A DNA stretch of 64,000 bases from a virus (IMGVR_UViG_3300017971_000042:2375-66374), one strand, 5' to 3'; shown: positions 9,711 through 21,212, counted from the first letter of the stretch. Notes: generated by a model from the sequence alone, not told the origin. A program made the numbers and translations.

Positions 9711-9846
9711 GGGGGGCAGGAAAGAAATGGTATATATACCACCTTAAAATGAAAAAAACGGTAGATATACCATCAGTTCTGTTTTTTTTGTTCACTTAGT
9801 TGATCGGCAGTTATCGGCTAAATTAGTATGTCCCCTATATACACAC

Positions 9847-11601
9847 TTATGATGTTGGCCTTTCAAACTGAATTCCCAATAGAGTCCCCGATGGATCACG
9901 GTCAGTTAAAGTGAGTCTTACTTGGTTATCGAAGTCAAAAGTCTCACTAAAATCATCTCGCGGTACCATATCAGAATTAAGTGTACATATGTACTGAGTC
10001 CCTAATGAGCTGCATACTTTATGGGCTCGTTCTAATGCTTTTGCACGTTGACGTGAATCTACGCCATCGTAGAGAATGCTATCATGTATAAGAAAGTCGA
10101 TATTCTTGTCTCTACTTCGAACAAACTCGGTTAGCATCAAATCGAAACAAAACACCTTCATTTTACTTACACCCTCACTCCCGCTGCGCTCAATCTCAAC
10201 ATCATACTTATAACCTGAATCAGAAATATTTATAACGAGTTTACCTGGACTTGTATATAGAGCTTGGGAATTGTCATTGAATAATCGGATTGCTTCGGTC
10301 CACAGCTCTCGTCTTTGCTCATGATCCTTTTCTGCAATTGATTCGAGTTCTGTTTTTCTTATCTTAATTGCACGCTTACGGGATGCCATATCCTTCGACT
10401 CAGCGATACGAGTCTTAATCCGCTCACAACGCTCTTTAATATCCAGAAATCTCTCTTGCAGACTTGTCATTTCCTGCAAAGCGCCATGTGTGCTTAAGAT
10501 TTTCAGTGAATTGGAACGTGTTTCCGTCAATTTACGAATTCCTTTTTCTCTTTGCTCTATCTGGCGTTCCAAACGGGAGATCTCAGTCTTCAAGAAAGAT
10601 TTGCGGTTTTCGACAATTATCTCATGATATTCCTTTGCTTCATCTAAAGTGCGCTTGATAGAGGTAGAGAATACCACACCTGATTCCTCATAAAGCTTTT
10701 CAAGCGATATATCAGACGGCGGCTTTTCAGAGGCAATAGATTCTCTGTAACGGGCAAGTTGTCGCCTTTCAATTACGTTCCGATTTGTTAGATTATGGAT
10801 TGTTGCGGTTTGTTTATCAGCTTCCTCCTGGATCGCCTCATACTGGGGATGCACCTTAAAATCTGAGAGTGCCTGCTGTTCGCAGTGAAGCTGTTCTTCA
10901 AGACGGACTTTTTCTGCTTCAAGTTCACCGACAGTGCCAATAGTTTCTTTTATAGCACCGGTCTTGATTGCTTTATCAAGAGCCTTAAGAGCTTCTTCCT
11001 GATCCTTTAATATCTGCCATTGTGATGCATATTCCCAGTTAAGGGCTAAAAGAAAGCCAACATTGAGCTGGAAATCCCATGTCCTTTGATGCCTATAATG
11101 TCTAAAGGGATCAGCATAAGCATCCGAGCCATTTCGAATAAAATAAGATATAAGGCTGCGATATGCGGGTTTATACTTATGGACATCATCAGTTTGTGGC
11201 AAACCAAATAAAGCCCAGCCTAACAGCGTTTTCCATCTCTGAAGGTTGAAAATCAATTCACCGGAGTCTTCTACTTTATCCGGTTGTTCAATCCAGCCCT
11301 CCGTCTCACCTTCTATCACAATTCTATTATGAGACTCTATAGATCTTGTTGCCTTTATACGATTACCCGCTAGGGTGATATCGATTGTAAAGGCCCAATC
11401 CTTAAGCGGATCAATCCTGAGGACATTTCCATTGGAGCCCAAACAGAAGTCAATGATCTCAATTAGAGTTGTCTTGCCTAGGCCATTTCTTGTGTCTTTT
11501 TGAGTGGAAGTATCTGTTCGCTCAGCAAGAATTACATTTAAACCAGTAGTAAGCTTCACGGAGTGAAATGATGATTTATTGGCATAGACTCCGTGTATCA
11601 T
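9847..11601 (-). CDS. lmuB: Lamassu/ABC-three-component SMC-like ATPase (LmuB-like, DUF2326)
   Basis: RNGLGKTTL Walker A, long coiled coil, GSEG, KVFCFDL, FLIHDS..DGVD..Q. Confidence 0.85.
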   Translation of the reverse strand: MIHGVYANKSSFHSVKLTTGLNVILAERTDTSTQKDTRNGLGKTTLIEIIDFCLGSNGNVLRIDPLKDWAFTIDITLAGNRIKATRSIESHNRIVIEGETEGWIEQPDKVEDSGELIFNLQRWKTLLGWALFGLPQTDDVHKYKPAYRSLISYFIRNGSDAYADPFRHYRHQRTWDFQLNVGFLLALNWEYASQWQILKDQEEALKALDKAIKTGAIKETIGTVGELEAEKVRLEEQLHCEQQALSDFKVHPQYEAIQEEADKQTATIHNLTNRNVIERRQLARYRESIASEKPPSDISLEKLYEESGVVFSTSIKRTLDEAKEYHEIIVENRKSFLKTEISRLERQIEQREKGIRKLTETRSNSLKILSTHGALQEMTSLQERFLDIKERCERIKTRIAESKDMASRKRAIKIRKTELESIAEKDHEQRRELWTEAIRLFNDNSQALYTSPGKLVINISDSGYKYDVEIERSGSEGVSKMKVFCFDLMLTEFVRSRDKNIDFLIHDSILYDGVDSRQRAKALERAHKVCSSLGTQYICTLNSDMVPRDDFSETFDFDNQVRLTLTDRDPSGTLLGIQFERPTS

Positions 11602-11825
11602 GCATGAATCCTCTCTATCAATCCATCCGATAACTCGATAGCACCTATGATATATAGCATGTCTAATGTTAGCACAAACCGTTCAAAATTACCGACTCCG
11701 TTCGCCGTACGAACCCGTTCCCACAGACTTGTAACGGTCTGAGATTTATCAAGTTCATTAATTATAACTGCTCCTACTCCGAGTAATGTCTGCTGAGTAG
11801 ATATATGTTTTGATGGAAGGATCAC
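11598..11825 (-). CDS. ABC-three-component middle component (LmuC-like)
   Basis: 75 aa MILPSKHI...FERFVLTLDMLYIIGAI, coupled between effector and ATPase. Confidence 0.75.
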   Translation of the reverse strand: MILPSKHISTQQTLLGVGAVIINELDKSQTVTSLWERVRTANGVGNFERFVLTLDMLYIIGAIELSDGLIERIHA

Positions 11826-12508
11826 TTTTCAAATACCTCACACGCTTCAAACAAATATATCAAAATAGCAAGCCCTGCGGATTTCTTTGCCTGATCTGAA
11901 AATCCGCGCTGAGCGAACTGGCACATCAAATCGAAAAGATCATCACCGGTATAGCCATCTTTCTTCAAACGATAGTATTCACTCAAGAATCCTCCTTTTA
12001 AACGCTCAGGGAAGTTACTATCAGTTTGGGACACGATTTCTATATAATCACTCACTTCATTAGCTACACTTAATCCCATTGTAATAATCACTCGGGATCC
12101 GTTACCTAATTCGTTTTTCTTAATCTTGTCATCTGGGGGAATGACTGAGAAATCCTGCTCAGTCTGTCCTGGTTGTAATTGCATGATCCATTCAGTTGCT
12201 TCCTCTAATTCCGGAAAGCCGACATCGGCAAATGCTTCAGTCATTGCATCTCGAACCTTTTTCTCATGCTTCAACTTGATTTTATGAAGACGTTCCACCG
12301 GATAATCTTTCGCACCATTATTCTTGTCGTCAATTACATCATGGCAAACACCACAGATATAAATCAAGTTATTATAATGATTTCGTTCTTCAACCGTCAT
12401 GTGAGGATCGTACCGAGCTGCACCATTATTTTCACCCGCTATGTGTGCAGCCTTGCCAATGTTTATTGGATCACCAGATTCACTTTCTGGGGTTAGATAT
12501 TTATCTGT
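11822..12508 (-). pseudogene. LmuA-like HNH effector plus ABC-3C C-terminal domain, apparently 5'-truncated
   Basis: Frame is open to TAA at 12509-12511 (TDKYLTPES...GKAAHIAGEN..AARYD..ERNHYNNLIYICGVCHDVID), but the first ATG (12400) lies after the AAHI His; CTD motifs DDKIKKNEL and YLFEACEVFEK. Confidence 0.65.
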
Positions 12509-12531
12509 TTAGCAAATAAATTTATTTTTTG

Positions 12532-12690
12532 TTAGGTACTTGAACGTTCTTTTTTGATGATCAATTCTTTGGTCCAGTAAGCTCTCCCACAATTACGGCA
12601 TCGTCGTTCTCTTGAAATTTCGTTTTTCTGTGTAAGTTTTTTCGTACGCCGGACATATGTATTTTCAGATTTACAATAAGGACACTTCAT
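12532..12690 (-). CDS. NrdR-N/Ogr-like zinc-ribbon protein, 52 aa (absent from ORF track)
   Basis: MKCPYCKSENTYVRRT...ISRERRCRNCGRAYWTKE; GGAG upstream. Confidence 0.75.
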   Translation of the reverse strand: MKCPYCKSENTYVRRTKKLTQKNEISRERRCRNCGRAYWTKELIIKKERSST

Positions 12691-13206
12691 CCCTGATCTC
12701 CATCATTCATAATCCTATTGACATTCCTATCATCACCGACCTTATTCATACCATGTTCGAAGACTTCTATAATGACCGCCACATGCCGGTAGCATTCAAG
12801 CTGATATTATCTATCCTTGAGGGTATCATCCTCGGTATCAGGTGGATCTTCAAGAAACTTTTTTTTCGTCATAAATAGATATCATAATTTTCAATCACTT
12901 CGCGCTTAGAAAGTAATACTAATTCATGTATCCTTAGTATTCGAAATTAAACATACTTCCCTATGAATGATTTTTCAAGGCACCTGGACAGCCTCCTTAA
13001 AATATAACTCCATATATAGCCATTTATTTTTAATAAACTATCCCGTTAAGGAATCCTGAGTTGAGTTTCAGGAATTCTAAAATTTTACTTGACTTTTGTC
13101 ATACTGCTGCTATATTTTTTAATTAAGGGCTCAAGGTGGTTGGGATCACTTGTAAAAATATATAAAGCGGCGAGTCTGGTATTAGTTTTTTCGAATGGAG
13201 GAAACA

Positions 13207-16038
13207 ATGAAAAGGACTTTTCTTTCCATATTAATGGGATTAATGTTTTTAATATTTATCTCATCCACCGCAACGGGTGGCAATTCAAAATATGGTCAAG
13301 GTCATTTACTTAATCCTAAAATTCCCTCAAAAGGAATAACCTTCACAGAGAATAAAGGGCAATTCGGGGAAATCACAAAATTCAAGTGTGAATCACCAGG
13401 GGCAGTACTCTATTTTACTCAGGGAGAAGTAGCCTACCTTTTAACACGTGAGACAGATGAACTGATCGAGTATCCCGAGGATATGATTCATCATGAGATG
13501 GATGAATTGCGAGAGCTTAGACCGCGATACAAAAAGGAAGCGATATTAGTCAAAGCCAAATTCCTTGATTCAAACCCCGATGCAGAGATAATCGGTGAAG
13601 GAAAGCTTCCACATTATTACAACTACTTCCTAGGCAATGACCATTCCAAATGGGCAAAACGGGTTGCTAATTATTCATCGGTTGTATATAAGAATATCTA
13701 TCCCAGCATTGACCTGAAGTATTATGGAAATGGAAATTCTATTAAATACGATTTTATAGTCCATCCCGGATCAGATCCATCGGTTATAAAAATCCAATAT
13801 GAGGGAATAAAATCTCTATCGGTAAATGAGAAAGGCAAGCTAATAGTGTCTACCTCTTACCGGGAAATCATTGAAAATAATCCAGTTATTTTCCAAGCTA
13901 AATCTGAGGGTATTTCTGGAGCATTTTACAAAATAAATGAGAATACTTTTGGATTTAGGTTGAATAGTAAATATGACGCCAATCAAGAATTAATCATTGA
14001 CCCGGAACTCCTATTCAGTACTTACCTTGGTGGATCTATAGATGAATATGTCGGAGACCTCTCACTTGATTCGGATGGCAATGCGATAATTAGCGGTTAT
14101 ACTTTTTCGTCTGATTTCCCATTAGTAAATCCATACGATTCTCAATTTGGAGGTGATAGAGAAATTTTCGTCAGTAAACTCTCATCAGATGGCTCTAGTT
14201 TATTATTTAGTACTTTTATCGGAGGTTCAAGCTATGAATCAGGAAGGGGAAATGTTCTCGGCTCCGAAGGTAATATTTATGTGTGCGGATATACTTTTTC
14301 CAATGATTATCCACTTGTTAATCCCTTTGATGATTCGCTAAATTCCCAAGAAGCTGTAATTTCGATACTAAATTCTTCCGGGGATTCGCTGATATATAGT
14401 TCATATTTTGGTGGTTCCGAACAGGAAAGTGCATTTGATATCACTTTAGATGATGATGACTTTATTTATTTATCCGGATACACCTATTCAGGAGACTTTC
14501 CATTAGTAAATCCAATATTTGCTACATTCGGCGGTATATGGGATGCCTTTATTGCCAAATTTACTCCCAATGGTCAATCATTAATTTTCAGTACATATTT
14601 TGGAGGTTCTGATAGGGAGACATCAAATAAGATAATGCTTGATAATGATCAGAACATAATTTTATGTGGTTACACAAAATCATCTGACTTATATATTGTA
14701 AATGCAGTTGATTCTCTCAATGAATCTAATAACTATGATGGTTACATTGCAAAAATATCAAGCAGTTATGATTCTTTGATATTTAGTACTTACCTTGGCG
14801 GACGAGAGGATGAACAGTTATCCGGAGTAGATCTTGATGATGATGATAACATATATGTCTGTGGGAATACCTTTTCGGATGATTTTCCTATTAAGAATGC
14901 TTTCGACTCAACCTATGGAGGATTCGACAAAAGAGATGGTTTTATTACAATTATTTCTCCTTCATGTGATAGCCTTATTTTCAGTTCTTTCATAGGTGGG
15001 GATCGAGATCACGCTGATGATATTGAGGATATATCAGTTGACAACAATAATCACATACATGTCACGGGATGGACTTATTCCGAAGATTTTCCAATAAAAA
15101 ATCCTTTTGATGATACTTTTAACGGAGATAAAGATATTGTTGTTATGGAATTTTCCCAATATGGAGAGGAACTTATTTATAGCACTTATTTTGGTACGGA
15201 AACACTGGAAATTGGTGATGGCATAGCCGTTGATTCAATAGGAAACACCATTATAACAGGGGTTACATGGGCACTTGATTTCCCAGTATTAAATGCATAT
15301 GATTCAACTAATAATGGTATTATCGACCTATATGTATCAAAATTTTCACCGGCCGAATGTTTAGATTTAACATTAACACCTCATACGATAAGAGTTCCTA
15401 ATGATAACGGTTATATACATTTTGATATTGACCTGTTCAATTGCGGAGTTACATCAATCCCTGTTGAAGCTCAATTGCATCCAATTATCATTGATTGCGT
15501 CGGAACACCTTATACTCCGGGTTTCATGAATAGAACCCTCACTACACTTTTATCTCCGGGTTCATATTTTTCTGACAGCTATTATATCATAACCGACAAT
15601 GTAACTGGCTTGGGAAGTGGTGGGGTACAGATTGTAGCCGGTCATGAGATTGATAAATGGTTAGATGTTGACTGTTTTGAAATCATCTTCACCTATCCCT
15701 GGGGAAGAAAGACTGGAAACGAGTCTTTCGGATTCAGTGAATGGGGGGAGGTGAATCATGAGGATAATATACCTCGCGAGTTTTCGCTCTCTCAGAATTA
15801 CCCAAATCCATTCAACTCATCTACAACGATTGAATATACACTTCCTGTAAAATCCCATGTAATTCTGGAAATTTATAATATCCTGGGGCAGAAAGTTGAT
15901 ACTATAATCAATGGAAAACAGAATCCCGGAAACAAAAGCATTACTTGGCATGCCAACCAGTACGTATCCGGTATCTATTTTTGTAAGCTGGAAGTTTCTG
16001 GAGAAATATTGGTTCGGACTATAACATTAATAAAATGA
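13207..16038 (+). CDS. Secreted SBBP-repeat beta-propeller protein with C-terminal T9SS-A/FlgD-like domain
   Basis: Signal peptide, FTENKGQF, repeated LxFSTYLGG / GYTxSxDFP, C-terminal LSQNYPNPFNSST...SGIYF. Confidence 0.88.
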   Translation: MKRTFLSILMGLMFLIFISSTATGGNSKYGQGHLLNPKIPSKGITFTENKGQFGEITKFKCESPGAVLYFTQGEVAYLLTRETDELIEYPEDMIHHEMDELRELRPRYKKEAILVKAKFLDSNPDAEIIGEGKLPHYYNYFLGNDHSKWAKRVANYSSVVYKNIYPSIDLKYYGNGNSIKYDFIVHPGSDPSVIKIQYEGIKSLSVNEKGKLIVSTSYREIIENNPVIFQAKSEGISGAFYKINENTFGFRLNSKYDANQELIIDPELLFSTYLGGSIDEYVGDLSLDSDGNAIISGYTFSSDFPLVNPYDSQFGGDREIFVSKLSSDGSSLLFSTFIGGSSYESGRGNVLGSEGNIYVCGYTFSNDYPLVNPFDDSLNSQEAVISILNSSGDSLIYSSYFGGSEQESAFDITLDDDDFIYLSGYTYSGDFPLVNPIFATFGGIWDAFIAKFTPNGQSLIFSTYFGGSDRETSNKIMLDNDQNIILCGYTKSSDLYIVNAVDSLNESNNYDGYIAKISSSYDSLIFSTYLGGREDEQLSGVDLDDDDNIYVCGNTFSDDFPIKNAFDSTYGGFDKRDGFITIISPSCDSLIFSSFIGGDRDHADDIEDISVDNNNHIHVTGWTYSEDFPIKNPFDDTFNGDKDIVVMEFSQYGEELIYSTYFGTETLEIGDGIAVDSIGNTIITGVTWALDFPVLNAYDSTNNGIIDLYVSKFSPAECLDLTLTPHTIRVPNDNGYIHFDIDLFNCGVTSIPVEAQLHPIIIDCVGTPYTPGFMNRTLTTLLSPGSYFSDSYYIITDNVTGLGSGGVQIVAGHEIDKWLDVDCFEIIFTYPWGRKTGNESFGFSEWGEVNHEDNIPREFSLSQNYPNPFNSSTTIEYTLPVKSHVILEIYNILGQKVDTIINGKQNPGNKSITWHANQYVSGIYFCKLEVSGEILVRTITLIK

Positions 16039-16211
16039 TACTCAATTTGGAATTTTAATAGGTTCGATAGGTGATCGTGTTATCCGAGTAAATTAACTTA
16101 TAATTTATATTTTGTTGTTTCATTCAAATTGGTAGTAGATTGTGAATTGATCTTCCCCCGAATTGACGGACACGTAGATAAGGTGTATATTAAGAATCTG
16201 GAGGTGTCCGA

Positions 16212-16505
16212 ATGGGAAAGAGACGACGTTACGACAAGCAGTTCAAGATTGATGCGGTACGTTTAATAACAGAGAATGGCAGGAGAGCCAGCGAGGTGGC
16301 TCGCGATCTGGGAATCCATGTTAATCTTCTTTATTTATGGAAAAAGCAGTTGGTGGAAGATCCGCAGGACGCATTTCCGGGGCATGGCAAGCTAAAACCT
16401 GCCGATGAGGAGTTGCGCCAGCTTAAGCGCAAATTAGCTGATGTGGAGGAGGAGCGGGATATCTTAAAAAAAGCCTTGGCCATTTTCTCCAAACGACCCA
16501 AATGA
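16212..16505 (+). CDS. IS3 transposase OrfA
   Basis: HTH RRYDKQFKIDAV..VARDLGI, ERDILKKA; A7G slippery site near 16466. Confidence 0.92.
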   Translation: MGKRRRYDKQFKIDAVRLITENGRRASEVARDLGIHVNLLYLWKKQLVEDPQDAFPGHGKLKPADEELRQLKRKLADVEEERDILKKALAIFSKRPK

Positions 16506-17389
16506 AGTATGAGTTTATCTTCAATCACCGCTCCGCATTGCGGGTCAAGAAGATGTGCCAGGCGTTAAGGGTATCCCGGAGCGGCTATTATGATTGGCGG
16601 AATCGAGGTATGAGTAACCGAGACAGATCCAATCAGATGCTTTTGGAACAGATAAAGAAAGCTTTCGACGGCAGTAAAAAGACCTACGGCAGCCCGCGTG
16701 TCACAGTTGAGTTGAGGGATAATGGCTTGACCTGCGGCCATAACCGGGTGGCTCGAGTGATGAGATCAAACGGTATTGCGGCCAAGACCAAACGCAAGTT
16801 CAAGATAACCACTGTCTCTCGTCATAATCAACCCGTAGCCCAAGACTTGGTTAACCGCCGCTTTGAAGCCGATAAACCCAACCGACTCTGGAGTTCGGAT
16901 ATCACTTATATCTGGACTAAAGAGGGTTGGTTATACCTGTCGGTGATTCTGGATGTTTGCGGCCGCCGGATTGTCGGCTGGTCGGTAAGTCGGCGATTAA
17001 CTAAAGAGTTGGTAATAGAAGCTTTCCGCAGGGCTGCAATGCAGCGGACTCCGGCTCCAGGAATGATTTTTCACTCCGATCAGGGCAGCCAATATGCCAG
17101 CGGCGAGTTCAGGAAGCTTTTAGAACAACATGGTGTTCGGGCCAGCATGGGAAGCAAGGGCGATTGTTATGACAATGCCATCACCGAATCATTCTTTCAT
17201 ACTTTAAAAACCGAATTGATTTATTTCGAAAATTATCAGACCAGAGAGGAGGCGAGATTAAGCATTTTTGAGTATATCGAGGTGTTCTATAATCGAAAAC
17301 GTAGACATTCCGCGATCGGTTATAAAACTCCCGTTGATTTTGAAAAACAAAAAACCTATCTTAACTATATGTCCGAAATAACGGGGTAA
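16502..17389 (+). CDS. IS3 transposase OrfB (DDE)
   Basis: WSSDITY, HSDQGSQY, DNAITESFF. Confidence 0.95.
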   Translation: MKYEFIFNHRSALRVKKMCQALRVSRSGYYDWRNRGMSNRDRSNQMLLEQIKKAFDGSKKTYGSPRVTVELRDNGLTCGHNRVARVMRSNGIAAKTKRKFKITTVSRHNQPVAQDLVNRRFEADKPNRLWSSDITYIWTKEGWLYLSVILDVCGRRIVGWSVSRRLTKELVIEAFRRAAMQRTPAPGMIFHSDQGSQYASGEFRKLLEQHGVRASMGSKGDCYDNAITESFFHTLKTELIYFENYQTREEARLSIFEYIEVFYNRKRRHSAIGYKTPVDFEKQKTYLNYMSEITG

Positions 17390-17546
17390 GATCAAATAAA
17401 ACACTAATCAAAGTAAGGGCACATATATATTAGGCGGGCTATAGACTACATTCTATTACCTTTATGGGAAAGGAGGTGAATTTTCACTAGTTTTCAAGTT
17501 CGATAACTTACCATGCTAGTATAACTGTCAATGCAGGAGGCAAAAA

Positions 17547-20500
17547 ATGACAGCCATTAACAGATTAATTAAGTTCACATTATGGGGAGCATTAGTGCTT
17601 GCGTTTGTATCAATAAACTCAACACAAGTATTTGGCGTATCCTTGTCTCAAACATTCTCTGTTGATTCCGTTTCAATCACAACCGATACCACGACGTGTA
17701 CATCAGATTGTGATTCAATTTCTTATACAGGATTATCCAATTTGGATGTAGCTAATTATCCAAACCTCCCTTTCCTGACAATTGCTTTGCTGCTACCTAA
17801 TGATACTGAAGTTGATGATATTTCAATCACAACAGATGAAGATACTACAATTTCATTATCGAATCGTATAATACCGGGGCGTGCGCTTAATGACGAAGAT
17901 TTGGGTACGGCGGCAGATACCTGTTATGATGAAGAATCATCTGTATATGATACATCCGCTTATTGGCCTTTGGAAAAGGTCGAATATATTCGCACTGAAT
18001 TATTTGATGGGTGCAACTCCGTAGCTTTTTTCAATATATATCCGGTTAGATATCATCCGGTAGATTCTACAATTGAGGTTACTACTTCTATTGCATTTAC
18101 GGTTAATACAACATCTTGGACAGGAGTAGACCTTGATAGTGTAACTGTTCGTCATAAGGTAGTACAAGAAGCCTATAATAGGGGCATTGTTTCTTTGATT
18201 GAGAATCCGGAAGACTCTTCATATTACTATAAACCAACAGTTGTGGATACTTCTTTATCGGGTACATTTAATAATGGCCTTCCTTTTGCTGACTATGTAA
18301 TTATTGCTCCAGACGATGTTCATGATGAATTACAGCCTTTATGTGATTGGTTGAACATAAAAGGAGTGGAAACCGTTATAGCATCGATCGATTCGGTTTT
18401 GGCTGAATATTCAGGGGATGAAGATGTTGATGATAATCCTGCTAAACTTAAAAGTTATATTAAGGAATTATATGGGATCGGAACTGGATATGTCCTTCTA
18501 GTCGGATCTGGTATACCGACATTTGATGAGGATTCAGATGATTCCTATGATGTTATACCTCTAAGAATGACCGCGATGAAATGTGGAGATGACGATGATT
18601 ATGATGATTGGGCAAATGCTTGGGCTTGTACAAATGGCGGATTTTTCGGTAATACTCTTGTCTCGGCTTTAATGCCTTCAGATCAATATTATTGTGATTT
18701 ATTTGGTATATACAATAGTGATGACGATAATTTAATCGGTGAAGCCTTGATATCTACTCCTAATTGCGGAGACACGGAGAGTCCTAAATTGACTTCGGAT
18801 ATTTTTGTATCACGTCTACCTTTAAATCCATCTAGTAACATTACAAATTGGATAAATAAAACTCTTAATATTGAACAGAATCCTGGAAATGGTGAATACT
18901 CTTTTCTGAATCGTTCTTTTGGATATTCATATTATCATGATCACATGAAAATTGGTGTTCGAGATTGGTTAGCGGCGAATGGATGTTCAAGCCAGGATTC
19001 TCAATATACAGATGAACATGATACATCTCCAGATGCATCAGACTTGGTTGATATTTATTCGGAAGGTGTGAATGGAAGTGGTCAATATTATCAAGTTTAT
19101 AACTATTCTCATGGAAGTAGAAAGCATTATAACGTCTGTGATGGATCAGAAATGAAGGGATATTCTACTTCTGAACCATCTATTGATTCAGTTACAAATG
19201 GTCCTTATCCATTTTTTGTTCACTCACAATCATGTAATACTGGCGGATTTCAATTGGTATGTGACAATGATTTGCCAGTTGAAAGAAACATAGCTGTTTC
19301 ATGGTTGGGGAGAGGTAATGAATCCGGTGCTTTTGCATATATTGGCAAAACCACTCGAATAGGTGATCCTGATTTAATGGTTAATATTCAGAATGCGATT
19401 TATAATTCGCCTGGTCGCCATATTGGAGAAATAGTAGCTACGGAAAGAGCAAACCGAGGTAACGGCTACATGTTGTCTGGATTTTCAACGCAATACTATG
19501 GTTCACCTGAAATGAGAATATGGACTACTGGTTCGCCATCTCATTTTGAAGTAGTGGTGAATTATGCTGATTCTTCAGTAACGGTAAAGAATGCATCAAC
19601 AAGTGAAAATGTCAACGATGCCACAGTTTGTTTTACAAATTTAAGCGACACATGGTTTGTGGATACTGAGAGTTCAAATGGAATCTATTACTGTAATTAT
19701 GGATTTGACTTAGATGACTATATTACGGTAACCAAGCACGATTACATACCATATCAAGTAATGCCGATGACTACAATTTCCAGCGATGTTGTCTGGCGAG
19801 GAGATATTGAACTACCCGATACACAGCTGATTGTAGGCAGTAATGCCTGCCTTACAATCAAACCGGGGAGCGAAATAAGAGTTAGGCGTGGTGGATATCT
19901 AAAGATAAATGGAACCTTAATTGCTGAAGGTGATACATTATCTACGCATAATGAGATTGTATTCACTGCTGATACTTCAGGGACGATTCCTTCAGATTTC
20001 TGGGATGGAATCTGGGCTAATCAAAGCGATAGTATAATCTTCAAATACTGCAAGTTAGAGTATGCCAAGAACGGGCTATATCTGGGTAACACTGATCTCA
20101 GTCGAGTAGAAAACTGTACATTTAGTAACAATGATATATATGGAATCTATGCCCGACATGATAGTGATTCCTGTTGCTTCATAAAGAAAACTAATATTGA
20201 AAGCAGCACTTACGGAGCGTACCTAAAAGGTTATAATTATCTGGAGCAGGATACAATTACCGAATGCACTCGGTATGGCATATACCAGGATACTACAGGT
20301 ATCACTTCAGTCAAGGATTGCATCATTGAATTCAATGGTATTACAAATGATAGTACTCAGTGGGGGATCTATTTGCACTATCCTAGTACTGGTACAAAGC
20401 ATTGCCGGATAAAAGGAGGAAGCGTCGAAGGTTACTATCAGGGAGGTATAAGTATAGAACGTGCAGATAATACTTCTTACATAACTGGTAATATCGAGGT

Positions 20501-21212
20501 TCTTGAAAATAACATCTATGGTATTTATCTAAAGTACACCGACCTTGATGTTGAAGGAGATCCTACGGACCAGAGCTATAAGTGTAACAGTATCCAGGAT
20601 AATAAAATTGGGCTATATACTCATGATGCTGAAGGTACTATAAGGCGAAATTATTTTGAAAATGATAGTATTGATATCAAGGTACCTGCCGTTGGTGTAC
20701 CGAATCCGACTCCGACGGTTTCGGATAGTAACGTGTTCAGTAGTGATGTTAAATTCATCTTTAATGCAGGCTCTGATACATTAGATGCAACTTACAATTA
20801 TTGGGATATCAGCGATGATACCACTAATGGTATTGCGGATAGAATAACTGGTCCCGTTGACTATAGTAACCAGTTAGAAAGTGATCCCTGTGATGCCGGC
20901 GGCTCACGGTTGTTAGCAGATGAATTACTTCCAAGAACTTTTGCTCTTCACCAGAATTATCCCAATCCCTTCAATCCGGCTACAACAATGCAGTACGACC
21001 TTCCTAAAGACTGCTATGTTAAGATCACACTGTTTAATATCCTAGGGCAAAAAGTTCGTACCCTTGTTGATGGATATCAATCAGCTGGTTACAGGTCCGT
21101 CGTCTGGGATGGTAAAAACCAATTTGGAAAGGATATTTCCACTGGAGTTTATTTCTATCTCATGGAGGCAGAAGATTTCCATAAATCCAAAAAGATGTTG
21201 ATGTTGAAGTAA
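17547..21212 (+). CDS. Secreted C25 (gingipain-like) cysteine peptidase with beta-helix and FlgD/T9SS-like C-terminus
   Basis: Signal peptide, propeptide-like N-terminus, YVLLVG, SDQYY, YSHGS and SCNTGGF His/Cys, parallel beta-helix repeats, LHQNYPNPFNP...WDGKN. Confidence 0.8.
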   Translation: MTAINRLIKFTLWGALVLAFVSINSTQVFGVSLSQTFSVDSVSITTDTTTCTSDCDSISYTGLSNLDVANYPNLPFLTIALLLPNDTEVDDISITTDEDTTISLSNRIIPGRALNDEDLGTAADTCYDEESSVYDTSAYWPLEKVEYIRTELFDGCNSVAFFNIYPVRYHPVDSTIEVTTSIAFTVNTTSWTGVDLDSVTVRHKVVQEAYNRGIVSLIENPEDSSYYYKPTVVDTSLSGTFNNGLPFADYVIIAPDDVHDELQPLCDWLNIKGVETVIASIDSVLAEYSGDEDVDDNPAKLKSYIKELYGIGTGYVLLVGSGIPTFDEDSDDSYDVIPLRMTAMKCGDDDDYDDWANAWACTNGGFFGNTLVSALMPSDQYYCDLFGIYNSDDDNLIGEALISTPNCGDTESPKLTSDIFVSRLPLNPSSNITNWINKTLNIEQNPGNGEYSFLNRSFGYSYYHDHMKIGVRDWLAANGCSSQDSQYTDEHDTSPDASDLVDIYSEGVNGSGQYYQVYNYSHGSRKHYNVCDGSEMKGYSTSEPSIDSVTNGPYPFFVHSQSCNTGGFQLVCDNDLPVERNIAVSWLGRGNESGAFAYIGKTTRIGDPDLMVNIQNAIYNSPGRHIGEIVATERANRGNGYMLSGFSTQYYGSPEMRIWTTGSPSHFEVVVNYADSSVTVKNASTSENVNDATVCFTNLSDTWFVDTESSNGIYYCNYGFDLDDYITVTKHDYIPYQVMPMTTISSDVVWRGDIELPDTQLIVGSNACLTIKPGSEIRVRRGGYLKINGTLIAEGDTLSTHNEIVFTADTSGTIPSDFWDGIWANQSDSIIFKYCKLEYAKNGLYLGNTDLSRVENCTFSNNDIYGIYARHDSDSCCFIKKTNIESSTYGAYLKGYNYLEQDTITECTRYGIYQDTTGITSVKDCIIEFNGITNDSTQWGIYLHYPSTGTKHCRIKGGSVEGYYQGGISIERADNTSYITGNIEVLENNIYGIYLKYTDLDVEGDPTDQSYKCNSIQDNKIGLYTHDAEGTIRRNYFENDSIDIKVPAVGVPNPTPTVSDSNVFSSDVKFIFNAGSDTLDATYNYWDISDDTTNGIADRITGPVDYSNQLESDPCDAGGSRLLADELLPRTFALHQNYPNPFNPATTMQYDLPKDCYVKITLFNILGQKVRTLVDGYQSAGYRSVVWDGKNQFGKDISTGVYFYLMEAEDFHKSKKMLMLK

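Larger units (their letters stand above)
16148..17394 (+). mobile_element. IS3-family insertion sequence, 1247 bp, 3-bp target duplication AAT
   Basis: IRL TGATCTTCCCCCGAATTGACGGACA, IRR (reverse complement) TGATCTTACCCCGTTATTTCGGACA, AAT on both flanks. Confidence 0.93.

Noticed and set aside
9535-9795. 86-aa minus-strand ORF as a Com-like regulator
   Set aside because: No zinc-finger motif or clear RBS; the region is better explained by promoters and the structured RNA.
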